Source: Torpedo marmorata (lineage: Eukaryota). Taken from it: a stretch of DNA of 64,000 nucleotides. Made by a program: the position numbers and the translations under genes. Positions 47,111 through 60,765 of this stretch are shown piece after piece (the first letter of the stretch is position 1; the number at the start of each line of letters is the position of its first letter). The DNA is taken from positions 207,514,001 through 207,578,000 of the forward strand of contig OZ360224.1 of NCBI GenBank assembly GCA_977017645.1. The letters are read 5' to 3'. The notes beneath the pieces are model-generated. The model was given only the letters and a program-made list of their open reading frames with translations. It had not been told where the DNA came from and searched no databases.

Positions 47111-50100
47111 ATATCATTCTTTAACATGTATTCAATCTCTTGATCTACCTGTTTACACTTTTCAATATTCATTCTCTATGGATGCTGTTTGATAGGTTTT
47201 GCATCTCGAACATCAACATCATGACAAGCGATGGAAGTTCGCTGTGGCTCATCTGGAAATAACTTCCTAAATTTTAAAATCAACTGTTTCGTTTGTTCCT
47301 TTTCCTGAGGTTTCAAATGAGCCAACTTCTTATCTAAATTTTCCAAAATACTTGAGTTAGACAAGCGAACTTGCACAATATTCTCTTTAAAATGTCTCTC
47401 ACAAGAATCAGCTTGTATGATTTCATGATCCTCAACCACCTTAGTTTTCTCCACAACCATTACCTCTGGTGAAGGCTGCTTCTGGCTAACATCCAAATTC
47501 TTAAAATAAGGTTTTAACGTGGCAACTCTGTGTTTTACGTCTCCTATCAGGTGTTTTAACCACGTAATTAACTTCATTTACTTTAGATTCTATTTCATAA
47601 GGTTCTGAAAATTTTGCTCTGAGGATTAGAAATTGTTGGAAAAAGAATTTACACTTTATCCCCTGGTTTAAAAATTCTCTCACAAGATTTCCTGTCCTTC
47701 ATATCTCCTTGAGCCGTTTTAAAATTCTCCTCAGCTAATTTACAGACCTTCTGTAAACGATCTTTTAACTTTGAAACATAATCTAACAACTTCAACTGCA
47801 CATTCTCATTAACCCACTGTTCTTTCAACAACATTAAACGTCCCCTAACCTCATGTTCAAACTCTAACTCAAAAGGACTAAAACCTAACGATTCTTGTAC
47901 CGATTCCCTTACTGCAAACAAAAGTAAATGAACACCTTCATCCCAGTCCTTCTCATTCTCACAACAATAAGTCCTCATCATAGTTTTTAAAGTCAAATGG
48001 AATCTCTCCAATGCTCCCTGAGATTCTGAATGATATGTAGATGACGTGATCTGTTTAGCTCCCAATTTATAAACTAACTGCTGAAATAATCCTGACATAA
48101 AGTTACTCCCCTGATCTGACTATATTTCTTTCGGCAAACCAAACAAAGTGAAAAATTTCACCAGAGCCCCAGACACAGTTTTTGCTTTAATATTCCTAAG
48201 TGGTATTGCTTCAGGAAACCTGGAAACTGTACAGGTAATAGTCAACAAATATTAATTTCCAGCTTTTGTTTTGGGCAATGGACCAACACAATCCACAATA
48301 ACTTTAGAAAAAGGTTCCCCAAAAACAGGAATAGGTTTTAAAGGAGCAACTGGTGGACCTTGATTAGGTTTCCCCGCAACCTGACAAGTGTGACAGGTCC
48401 GACAGAATGTCTTAACTTCTTTTCTTAAATTAGGCCAATAAAATTGTTTCATAATTTTATAGGTAGTTTTCTTTACCCCAAAGTGCCCACCTAAAAGTGT
48501 GCTATGGGCCAAGTTTAAAATGTCATCCCTATAATCTTTAGGAACCACAACCTGGTGAACAACTGCCCACTCTTCATTAGCAGGAATCTCAAGTGACCTC
48601 CACTTCCTCATCAAGACACCTTCATTGAAATAATATCCAACTGGCACTTTCTTAATTTCGTCAGCAGAGAGAGCTTTATCTCTCACTTCAACCAGATCAA
48701 AATCTGTTTTCTGCCTTTTTATAAATTTCTTTCGAGATAGTGACAAGTCATTACTCTTAAGTTTAAAATCAGAGTTCTGATCTAACAAAGAAATTTAAAG
48801 TTTTCGATGAGTCATCACAGCCTGTTTGTTGCTGTACACCACAGACTTCCTTTAAATCAATCTGTCTAGTACTTTTTTCACTGGCAAGGTTTTTAGACTT
48901 TAAATCAGTTTGCACAGCACTTTCTTTGCTTGCACTACTTTTTTTCATAGCTTTTAACTTAATTGGGTACTTTATATTACCTTCTTGAAAAGGTTTGTGA
49001 GGCACAAATTTCACATTGTGATACTCATCTGCAAAAATAGCAGAATTTTGCCCCTTTTGAAAAGTTTCACTTGGCCTTAATTTAAGATCGGGGTTTAAAG
49101 CATACTCATTTGCATATTTTTGCAGACTTTGACCAAGTCTCCACTTTCAAATCTACACAGATTGGCGTTGCCAAACATTTATCAAAACCCATTGCTGTTG
49201 TTTTATTCACACACACAATAAGCCTTTTAATTGGCTTTCAAAAGATTTTTAACCAACAAATCGAATATTAATCGATCAAATAAGCTCTCATTAAGCTCAG
49301 AATTTTGGTTAAATCCAGGACGAGCCACCAATATTGTTACGTACTAACAAACCTTGCTAGTGCTAACAAAGGAACAGCAATAGAAAATTCACCAGACAGT
49401 GGTAAATTCAAAATAATAGTTTTTATTAAACTGTTAATAACATAACATATATTACTTATCTCTAAACTTAACTCTAACTTAAACCCCACTATGCGCAAAT
49501 GTAAATGTGTATATGTGTGTGTGTTAAGAATCCAAACCATTACAGTTTGAGCTTGATTCTGAAAAGTCAATTTTAAACTTCAACATTGTGATGCTTGAAG
49601 CTTCTTTAAATCGCAGTTCAGAATTAATTATGAGGCGCTTTTAAACATCATGTCTTCAGATCTTATAAACTCACAAGTTTTTTAATGAGTTGTCTTTCAG
49701 AGAGATATTCCTTCATACGAGTGATTTTACAAACTCCCTCTTATATTGCCTAAGTGTTCCAAAGTCTGTTTTCCATGATGATTTTTTTGTTCATCAAAAG
49801 TAACATACGAGGCTGCCCTCTTTTCTTAGAGGCAGTGGGAGTGGGTATTTTTTTTAAAATACCACTTTTGGTGTTCCTCCTTTTAATAAGGAGAGCACAG
49901 GCAGCTTTCCTTCTATAAAGGAAATATTGCTGCTTTATCAATCCTGTGTCTCAACAGGACGGCAAGTTCTCTTAAACTGACCCCTTTGTCTCTGATTTCA
50001 ATAATATATTTCTTGAAAATCTCTCATGTCACATGGTATGTGACATCATTTCTGTCTTTGAGTTCATAATGTCTTCTTCACACTTATGTGCTAAAAGCAT

Positions 50101-50500
50101 CTCTGTCCACTTATGCCTTCCTGCGTGTTTGACCAAGTATTTTCCTGAGTGTTGGAAGTTCCAACTTCTCCAAAGGTTAATGAGAATATGCCTCCGTGAT
50201 ATCTGCCCACATGGGAGCAAAATGGCTGTGCATTTACACAGGTGCTTCTGAGCCAGCACCTATTGTTTTCAGTATCTCAAGAACCATCATAAAGCCTTTC
50301 ATCTCTTGGCTTCAACTGCAATCAGCAGACATTCCGTCTCTGCAAATGGCTCGCCATCTGCGATCTCAAAGAACCATGTGTGTTTAAAATGCAAACGTGT
50401 TGTGTTTGTGCCCCTGAAACCACCCAAAACTAACTAACATATCTAGATGAAATATAGTTTTAACATTAAACAAAAGATTAATCATAGCACATTCGTCACA

Positions 50501-51357
50501 GTGCCACCATCTACACCAACTGTGCCACCACTACACTAACCATGCCATGCTCTACATTAACCGTGCCACCCTCTACACTAACCGTGCCACCCTCTACGCT
50601 AACCGTGCCACCCTCTACGCTAACCGTGCCATTCTTTACACTAACCATTCCACCATCTACGCTAACCATTCTGCCGTCTACGCTAACCTTGCGTCCCCTA
50701 TGTTAACCATGCCACACTTTACACTAACTGTGTCCCCACCACACTATCAGTGCCAGTCATCCGCTAACCATGCCACCCTCTGCACTTACCGTGCCATTCT
50801 CTACGCTAACACTGCCACCCCCTGCACTAATCGTGCCGCATACACACGCTAACTGTGCCACCCTGTCTGCTAACCATGCCGTCCCTACACTAACCGTTCC
50901 CCCACTACGCTGTGTAACCCCCTATGATAATTGTGCCATTCTCTACACTAACTGTGCCAAACGTTCATTAACCATGCCATCACACTAACCGTGCCATCCC
51001 TCCACTAACTGTGCTGCCTCTACGCTAACTGTGCTGCCCCCCACACTAACCATGCCATTCTCTACACTACCTGCCAACCCTCGGATAACCATGTCACCCT
51101 CTATGAAATCTATGTCATTCTCTACACTAACCGTGCTCCCACGACACTAACCGTGCCGACCCCAGCACTGACTGTGCTGACTCCTACACTGACTATGCTG
51201 CCTCTTACTCTACAGCATAGTCAGTGTAGGAATCAGCACAGTACAGTGCCTCCTACTCTAACTGTGCCATCCTCAAAGCTAATGATGCTGCCCCAATGCT
51301 AACCGTACCGCCTCTTACACTAGCCGTGCTGCCACCTATGCTAACCATGCTGCCCTA
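50501..51357. repeat. 21-bp minisatellite, right part
   Basis: Same unit as 37412-38184, more degenerate distally. Confidence 0.88.
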
Positions 51358-51408
51358 ATTATTTTGCTTCCCTCAAATCAAAAGATGGCTGAGAAGTGCT
51401 GTACTTTT

Positions 51409-51685
51409 GGCGGCGCGGTTGGCGTAGCGACTAGCGCAACGCCTTTACAGCGCCAGTGATCGGGGCCGGGGTTCGAATCCTGCGCTGTCTGTAAGGAGTT
51501 TGTACATTCTCCCCGTGTCTGCGTGGGTTTTCCTCGGGGGCTCCAGTTTCCTCCCACCGTTCGAAATGTACCGGGGGTTGTAGGTTGATTGGGTGGCACG
51601 GGCTCTTGGGCCGAAATGGCCTGTTACCCTGCTGTATGTCTAAATTTAAAATTAAATTTAAAAATTTAAATTTAAATTTAAATTT
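51409..51685 (+). mobile_element. V-SINE (HE1-like) with (TAAATT)n tail
   Basis: A-box-like TGGCGTAGCG, B-box GGTTCGAATCC, V-domain TTCTCCCCGTGTCTGCGTGGGTTT. Confidence 0.85.
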
Positions 51686-52983
51686 CAGTCACAAAATAAT
51701 CAAAAATACCTCAATTGTTAGCTTCTGCAATATTTAAATGACAGAATATAATGTTTACAAGCATTTTGTTCATGTGTTAAATTATTTTCTAGTTAAGCTT
51801 CTGGATGGAATAAGATGCATTATTTACAGTATAAAGCTACATTTCTTGTCTCAGGTTTGTTGCTGTCACAACATCCGATTGTTTAACACTAATGATCTAT
51901 TGAACCATTGTACCTGATTTTGCTTCAGTAGATCGACTGAGGATGCATTAGAGTATCCCAAATAACTTGTCTATTTAGCCACAGTCTGAAGAGATCTGTG
52001 CTGGTCTTTGCTGTTCAACAGATCACAAATAATTTGAATCATATTTATTCCCATGGAAATCACCTCTGGCAGATTTAACCAATCTTCATCAAATCCTTCC
52101 TCTTTCCTAACCAAAACAATCTGAGTTGGTTGTTTTGTCAATAATGGCAATTTAAAAAAAAAGAATGAGGCTAGTTATAAAATGATCCTGGATTTAGCCC
52201 TAGGTAAAGGAAATATGGCAACCATGGCAAGCAGCATATTTGCTTTAACCTCTCCTCTTGACAAATGCACCAGTATTAATGGAATTAATTAGTGCCTGAG
52301 CAAATATTCTGCTTATGTAAATATTCTCATTAGCAATGTCTTCATTAATTAGATCAGCATCATTGCACAATTATAAATGAGAATCGGCATGGAATAAAGA
52401 AAGTTCACCGTATCATTTCTACAGTATTATCATGCAAAAAATATCCAGTGACTTCTGAACATTTACAACCTCCAAAGTTACCAATGTGTTTTTTTTTAAC
52501 CACAATACTCTGGAATATTTTGGACCTGTGGGGACATTCATTACAAAGTGGAGAATTACCAGGAAATTTCCTTAATTGCTAAATGAGAAAACATGCCTCG
52601 ACATATTTATTTAACAAATAAACCCACGAGAAACTCAAAATTCAGACACAGTCTTTCTTGTTCCCCACATGTATAATATCAATGTTTCACTTCAATTATA
52701 GAAGCTTTCATTGCTTAATAAAATCTTCCCCTGTAGTCTTCAACATGTTTAATTGGGTTAATTAAAAGTTGATGCTGCAAATTTAAAGAAACAAGAAACA
52801 CTTTTTTAATTTATTTGAGTATTGACTCTTTCTTGATTATGTTAACTAGGACCATTTGTCACATAAATAAAATCTGCAAATCAGTCATGGAAATTATTAA
52901 TAATGCATTGTATTTGCATATGACTGGGGAAGCTTTCTAGCATAACATTTTGCATTTTCTTTGGATAACTAAAAAGAGTATGA

Positions 52984-53163
52984 AGTAAAACACGAAAGTC
53001 TGCAGACTCCATGGTTGAAGTAAAAGCACAATGCTGGAGAAACCCAGCAGGTCAAAAATTTTACATTGAAGGGCTCAAGCTCGAAACGTCGGTAATGTAT
53101 TTTTATCTTTGCTATATCAAGGACACTGTTTGACCTGCTGAGATTCTCCAGCATTGTGTTTTT
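52984..53163. mobile_element. Short Penelope-like insertion made of two inverted pLTR pieces
   Basis: 16-bp TSD ACTAAAAAGAGTATGA (52968-52983 and 53164-53179). Confidence 0.75.
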
Positions 53164-54555
53164 ACTAAAAAGAGTATGATTTTGTTGCCAATTTCTTTTA
53201 TCCCTTGTGGTCATTCTTTCGGCTTCCATTCAACACCATCTCTGTTTCTGATGTCAGAGATGGAAAATAAAGTGTGCAGTTCACCATTCTGTGCTGTGTA
53301 ATGCACTCTGCTGCCATCCATGTCCTTTACTCAATCAAACTAGCAACGCACCCATTGAGTTCATTCTGACCGCCAACCATCCATTTACACTAATTCTACA
53401 CCTATCTCATTTTTTCACCCACATTGCCATCATCTCCCTCCAGATTCCACTATTCACCAACACACTGGGGGCAACACACTGGGGCCAATTAACCTACCAA
53501 CCGACACATCTTTGGGAGGTTGGTGGAAACCAGAGCATCCAGGATTTCCACATAGTCGCAATGAGAATATGCAAATGCCACGCATACAACAGTGGAGGCT
53601 GGGAGTGAACCACATTCTTTGCCACTGTAAAGTATTGGTTCTACTAGCTGCATCATTCAGGTGTACTCATTGCAGTCAACTATTTTCCAATGTTTTATCC
53701 TATTATTTTCAAAGGGTTAATTCACACTTGTAGTCTTCTCATTGCTTGTGATGCATCAACATCTTGCCATGAGTGTGGGTGTGCACTCTCACTTTGCATT
53801 CATACATCAGAGACCTCTTTGATTTATTTTCTCGACCATTGCAGGAATTTATTTATTTATTTTTTTTGCTGCAGAACAAGTACATCATCTGAATGCATGA
53901 TATTTAGTGCAGTTGAGTTTATTTTCCCCTTGCCGATAACGACAAGAGTTGCTTTCCCTCTGGCATGTGAAACTGACAAGACTATTCTTTCTAGATTAAT
54001 GGATGTAGCCATCCATCTGCTGGTCTCACTGCACACACAACAGCAGCTTACAATACTTTATCTCAACTACAAAACCACTTGCTCTCAGCTAAATTTTACA
54101 TGAGATTGAGCTTTCCTGGAGTCATGTCATCTTCTTTCCTGAGGTAATCTTCTCCAAGATGCTTAGAATCTCAGAAAAGAAGGAATACGCTGAGCAATGA
54201 ACATTCTGGATGAAGGGATCCAACCCAAAAACATCGACTGGCTATTTCTTTCCATGGATGCTGCTGGACCTGCTGAATTCCTCCAGCACTTTTGTGTACT
54301 GTGCAGTGAACATGTTCCTTCCTCATTCCCCGCTAAATCAATGTGAATACACCTTGGTGGAAAATAAAAATCCCATCCACATACTTTCTGAATCTCCTTT
54401 GTGGTTTGTTGTTGCTCTAATTATTCTTTAAAAATTGAATAATTATTTGCTATGCATGGAAGATGTCAAAACCCAATGAGCTCAAACTGTGGAACATCCA
54501 AACTGTGAGATGCAAGCAATCCATCTTGGGGACAGAATGAACAGGCCCAAACTGG

Positions 54556-54885
54556 AGTAAAAACACAAATGCTTTCTCCTTTACCCCAGCTCTGCATTCA
54601 CAGAGCCACCCCCCTCCCCCATTCAATTCTCACCTTTCCTCTCTCCTGGCCTCCTCTCCATATCCTATTAACACCTTTTGACTGTTGGTCTGTACTCCTC
54701 ACCCTGCCCTTTCTTTCAATTCCAGCGCCTGCCTGCTTTTTACTCATACCTTGAAGAAGGGCTCAGGCCCAAAACGTTGGTTACATATCTTTACCTCTCA
54801 TGCATGCTGCGAGACCTGCTGAGTTCCTCCAGCATTTCTGTGTTTTTACTACAATCACAGTGTCTGCAGACTTAAGTGTTTCACC
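54556..54885 (+). mobile_element. Penelope-like pLTR fragment
   Basis: Reverse complement of the 12104-12495 terminus. Confidence 0.7.
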
Positions 54886-56654
54886 CCAGGACCATACTGC
54901 AGAACACCATGGACATTGGAGCATAAATGGAAACACCACAGAACTGGTTTGTTGCCCATAACAGCTAATGCACCCATCGTTCACTGTTTGATTGCTTCCT
55001 CTTTTAATGGTCTTTCACTCCTGGTTCCTGTCCCATTGACTCCAACCCCAAACTCCTGCTTCACACCTGCTTCTTCTGCTAAAGTATCACAAGGTGCAGG
55101 GAGGGAAAAGCTGGAGAACCAAACAGAAGAGCACAAAACCGACATGAGATGGGAGAAGTTAAAAAGAAGGGGAGGAAATGAACAAGGACATTTGGTTTCA
55201 ATCGTGGTCCCAGTTTAACATATTATATTTGATTAAGGGATCCACCCACACTCTAGCTAGAGTAATGAGGCTGCATGTCATATATTTTGGTATGGACAAA
55301 CTAGATTTACAATGTTTTGCATTGATCTTTAATGGACAAAAGTCACTCTGGTCATGAATTGGGCACACAAACATTTAGGAAGACCATAAAATGAGAGGCT
55401 GGAAGGACTTAACAGGTCAGGCAGTGTGGAGGGATTTGAAGGGTCTCAAGCCAAAATGTTGATTCTCATTTCCCTCCCCAGATGCTGTCTGACCAGCCAA
55501 GCACCTCCAGCAACTCACGTTTTGCTTCAGATTCCAGCATCTCCCGTCTTTTATTTCTCCCATCTAACATTCAATAGGAAGTGTGCAGCATAATGACTGC
55601 CATGGCCTTGTTGAACTGAATTGTTTACTTCTATGCCATAAATTCTGTGTAACATTACGTGCCTTTCAAATGCACATCCCTATGTCGTATAACGGTCTTC
55701 TACAAAAGCTAAGGTACATTAATTAGTCCAATTTCTTCAACATTGACAAATTTCAACCTCTCTCTTTAAATCAGCTGTAAAATCTAGTACTCACTATATT
55801 GGACCAGTACTTTATATATAAAACAATTGTTCTATTTTCCTTACTTTTGTATTCTGTGTAGTTGAAGTTGCAAAATTAAGCACATGCCTTTTACACAGTA
55901 CTCAACACATTTGAAACAAAATGAAAAAAAAGTTCCTTGCAAAGCAATTTCATCAATCAACATAAAAATATGTCTGATGTAATTGCTCCAATGCGCTCAT
56001 ACTTCAGACAACTGCAAAGGCACCAGTGAAAGATCACTTCTTACATAAACCAATTTTGGGGATTAGTTATTGTGATTTTTTTTGACATATATCTGATATT
56101 TCCAAAATATGCAGTGGGATCTTGTAAAAAATCTTATACTCTGATCTAATTGTGTCGGAAAATAAATGTGTTGATCTCATACCCTTCAAGATATTGATTC
56201 ATGTTTAAAAAGAAAATAAATTTGTCTTGGTCACCATGTTCAAAATTTGCAAGAGTTTCCGCCAGTAATTGGACTTACCTCTGTCCAGTGGAACTCTTTA
56301 CTGAGAGGCAATTGCCACAGGCAACATGCACTGTCCAAATGCACTGATGACACCATTGAACAATTTACAGAAAATGTTCAGGCAAACATTGCAAACATTT
56401 GTCCATTACCACTCACTTTGATTCAGAGAGACTCAGAATCATACAGCATGAAACAGGGCCTTCGGCCCAACTCATCCACACTGACCAAGTTGTCATTCTG
56501 GGCTAATCCCTTTAGCTGCATTTGGTCCTTCTACGCCCTTCCTAAGCACTTGTATATATTTAAATGATTGCTGTCTTTTTTTAGCAAGAAAATAATAATT
56601 TTTAATAATGTAGAATAATATATTTGTTTTCAATCAATAGAAAGCCAACCAAAA

Positions 56655-56975
56655 TACTACTTCTCCTTTGGTTCATCCCACTTTTTCCAAGTCAAAGGGG
56701 TAGCCATGGGTATCCGCATGGGCCCCAGCTATGCCTGCCTTTTTGTTGAATATATGGAGCAATCCATGCCACAATCTTATATAGGCAAGGCTCCTCAACT
56801 CTTCCCCCGCTTCATTGACGTCTACATTCGTGCTGCCTTATGCACCCATGATGAGCACGTCGACTTTATCTACTTTGCTGCCAACTTCCACCCTGACCTC
56901 AAATTCACTTGGTCCATCTCTAGCAACACTCTTCTCTTTCTTGATCTCTCTGCCTCCATCTTGGGAGACAAACTC
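56655..56975 (+). mobile_element. Penelope-like RT fragment
   Basis: QVKGVAMGIRMGPSYACLFV...RFIDV...LLFLDL. Confidence 0.8.
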
Positions 56976-59019
56976 TCAGTTCTGGATGACTGAATCTGTG
57001 TGTGCCCTAAGAAACAACCTGTAAAACAGTTCTCTGCAATACTGCTGGTGGGGATAAACTGTGACAAGGACTCTTGCATGCTTCTCCACACACTTAGCAA
57101 ATCCACATTCTGCAAAGAGGTGGGCGGCTGTCTCCACTCCATCGCAATCATCTTGGGGACAACATGCATTGTGGATGATGTTCTGGTTGTACAGGAAGGA
57201 TCTGACTGGGAGGGCATCTCTCACCGCCATCCATGCCAAGTCCTGTTGCTTGTTTGTGAGCACTGGCGATGAGGCAGCCCATCAGATGACCTGGATGGTC
57301 TGCTCTGGGAAGCACCCCACCGTGTCCATCGAATCCTCATCTCTCGCTGTCTGCAGGATGTTCAGTGCTGACCACTGCTTGATGGCCTTATGGTCGAAAT
57401 GTTTGTCTGGAAAAACCTTTCCCCAAAGGATAGTTGATGTGGCAAAGTCCAGCTGACTGGGAAATTGAGCGGAAACAGGGCTAGGCCCATCCTTCGCAAC
57501 ACTTGGGACAGGTAGGACCTCAGCACATAGCGGCACTTGGTGCCCTTGTACCTTGGTTCCACGCACAGCCTGATGCAGCCATACATGAAACTGGTCATCA
57601 GGATGAGGGCCACGTTGGGTACGCCCTTGCCCCCATTGTCTGGTTACTTGTACATGGTGACCCTTCGGACCCTATCCAACTTGGATCCCCATATGAACCG
57701 AAAGGCTGCTCTGTTGACAGCTAAGGCAGAGGTGCGAGAGCCCCTCGCTCCTGATGACCAGGTTCTTCCCTGTTATTGAGAAGGAGCGCCGCGCCCACAG
57801 ACACAATTTCTGGTGCAACTTTGCAATCTGCTCCAACCAATTTTTGTTGTACGCCTCGGTTCCTCCAAACCAGATCCCCAACACCTTCAGGTAGTCAGAT
57901 CTGACTGTGAAGGGGGTGGTGGACTAGTCAGACCTGTTACTGAAGAGCATTGCCTTTCTCCTTCTGGTTTACCCTGGCACCCAAAACAGACTCAAAATGG
58001 CCACAGATTCTGATCAGTCTGTGGACCGATCATGTGTCCAAATGGAAGAGAGTGATGTCATCCATATACAGAGAGGTCTTGACCTGAGTGCCTCCACTGC
58101 CTGGCAACATCACTCTTCTTATTCCCTCGTCCTTCTTAATGGAGTCATCAAATGGCTCTATGCAGCACACAAATAAGACTGGGGAGAGCTGGCAACTCTG
58201 CCTGACTCCAGACTTGATGGGGAAGCTATCTGTTTCCCACCCAGTGATTTGGGCTGCGCTACAGATATCCGTGTAGAGCAGTTTAATTCATTTCGGATTC
58301 CCTCCCCAAAGCCCATGTTTGAAGTCCATCATGCATGTGTGTGCTATCTGGTTGAAAGCCTTCTCCTGGTCTCGATTGGCGATGGCTTTGGACAGTAAAT
58401 GTTTAACAATGACATGGGTCTCCAATTCCTGATGTCCTCCTTCTCTCCCTTCTGTTTGAAGAGGAGGGTGATGATGCCCTTCGTGATGGAGTCTGACATG
58501 CTACCTGCCAGGAGCATAGTGTTGTTCCAGCACGACCGGACCCACCCTGTCCCACAGAGCCATGTACAACTCAGCCAATAAACTGTGGCTTCTGGGGGTT
58601 TTATCGCAACAAGAAACCGAGACTGGATCCGCGACAATCGATCGCCCCCGACCAGATGACAAACCATGGGGCCACCATCGTGACCACCTCCGATAGTTCT
58701 TGAGGAGTGGCAGCCCACACTCCAAAATGAAAGTCACAACTGCCTTGACTTTGACAAGGTGTGCGTTTGACCCTGTGTAAAGTTGCTATTTTCATCTCCG
58801 TTGTGGTTTATTGGAGTCTCCAGTTCGCAGTCCTTACAGTTCAGTGTCAATCAACGTGAGCCCGCATGCCCACCACTTTGGTGAACTATAGCACTGGTTT
58901 CGGGCACAGGAACAGCGGTGATCTTCCTCTGGGAGTGGAGTCTCCTCAGACAAAGCTTGGGGTGTCGCGAGGGGAGATCCGTGTGTGCTCCTGCTCCTCT
59001 GTACCCTGGCTGTCTTGTA

Positions 59020-59595
59020 CAGTCATGCGTCGCTTAACATCCACGATACGTTCTGTGAAATAGTACGTTATGTGATTTGGACATTGTGCGAACACCATAT
59101 TATATACTTAGCAAAGCTATATGGGATACTGTAGTGTACCTGTATTGACTAAATAGCCAAGATACTGTACACATATAGTACTGTATTTCAGCTAATGTAT
59201 CTGGCAAGGTAATATATGAGTTAAGTAGTTAATACTGTACAATACGGTAAACTTTTTATTTGTAAGTAGGGGAAGTTCACATTAAACTAACGATAGAACA
59301 TACAGTACATACATAAGCCAGTAACATAGGCGTTTATTATGACTATCAAGACATATGTATTATAGGTTATATATGTACTGTACCATTATATGCCTGGCAG
59401 TGCAATCGCTTTGTATACAGGAGACATGAGATACACGTGTTGCGTGCGGGAAGCTGTTGCGTTTGCTACGTCCGGTTACGTCCGCTACGTCCTATTCTCC
59501 GATCGGGATTTCTGAACTCTATTATAAACTTATGGGACCACGGACGTATATGCAGTCGGACGTTGCCCGAACGGACGTTATGCAGCGCATAATTG
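59020..59595. mobile_element. Tigger/pogo-type MITE (Tigger3/Golem-like termini)
   Basis: TA-flanked imperfect TIRs CAGTCATGCGTCGCTTAAC and GTTATGCAGCGCATAATTG. Confidence 0.78.
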
Positions 59596-60765
59596 TATTC
59601 TCCTTCTCCCTGAGCTGGGAGGGACGGGGGGTGGGGGGAGAAATCCCCTTTGAACTGCTCCCAGTCTCCCGGACCTGGGAGGCGACAGCCTCTGAGCTGC
59701 TCCTGGTCTCCCGGAGCTGGGAGTCGCTGGGTGCTGTACATCCCACTCTTGGGCTTACTCATAACCCATTTTCCTCCATTCTTTCCCCTCCATCTTGGCG
59801 CTTCCTCTGCCTACGTCCGGCATTTGTGCTGGCTTCATCCTCCGACGATGAGAGGTTGCTGGCTTCTGTTTGCACCTTGACCCTTTTCCCACTATTTGCA
59901 GCGTCAGTTGCCAGTTTGTTCCATGGGGCTTTTTGGCTTTTCTTTTTTTGACTGTCTGCCATTTTTCCTCTGCATCACCCTCCTCCATTGACTCTACCTC
60001 CTCAGGAGGGGCCTCTGGCCTCCTGGCTGGTGTTTAAGGGTTGAAGGTGGACGTGCTTGGGGTCTCCTTGCTCCCCCAGTCGGTCTCTACCAGGGTTTCC
60101 GTGGCAGTTGAGGTTGAGTGGTTGTTGACCTCACTGTGGATGCTGATGTTGACCGTTTGCCCTCTTATTGCCTGTGGCTACCATTTTGGGCAGGCTTTGT
60201 AGAGGCGGCCTGCTTCTGCACACAAGTTGCAGCCCTTGCTCTCCACGCATGTCTGGTGGCCTTTCTGCTCGCAGTTCTTGCAGCTGACTGTGCTGCATTG
60301 GGCCATCACATGCCCAGGGTTGTTGCAGTTCCTGCACACCCTGGGCTGTCCACTATAGACCAAGTGCACACGGTTACCTCCAATAGTGAACACCGGGGGG
60401 AGGGGGTGGTTGATCGCCCCTTTGCTGTCGACTCTCAGCAACTTCACTTGGCGTTTGCTGGTCCAGGTTCCAAATGTGTCTTTGATGTCTACGCAGGTCC
60501 CTGTCCCCTCAACAGAACGGCCCAGGAAGGTGAGCACATCTACAACTAGCACATGTGGTTGAACCTGTACACCGTTATCATTTGTTTCTTCTGCGTTGGA
60601 AGGGTGAAGAGTGGCTGTAGCTTTAATAGCGAGAGTGGAGCCACGTTCACCTTCTCCTGGAAGTCCCGAAGCATCCTCTGCCATCCCCCAGGGCTTTGAA
60701 TGTCACATCAAAGTGACTGTTATCCGCAACATCCTGGAGGCACTAGATGTCCTTTGCCTCAAATT

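Larger units (their letters stand above)
38185..50500 (-). mobile_element. Second Gmr1-type Gypsy element (IN before RT-RH; most of gag/PR deleted) with nested L1 and BEL
   Basis: ~1.15-kb LTRs at 38185-39336 and 49335-50500, 4-bp TSD GTGC, tRNA-Pro-like PBS (TGGTGGCTCGTCC) next to 49335, PPT next to 39336. IN about 48788-47501; RT (YIDD) and RH 47200-42424. Confidence 0.92.

Noticed and set aside
51409-51485. tRNA gene
   Set aside because: A/B boxes belong to a tRNA-derived SINE head followed by V-domain and tail; no full cloverleaf.
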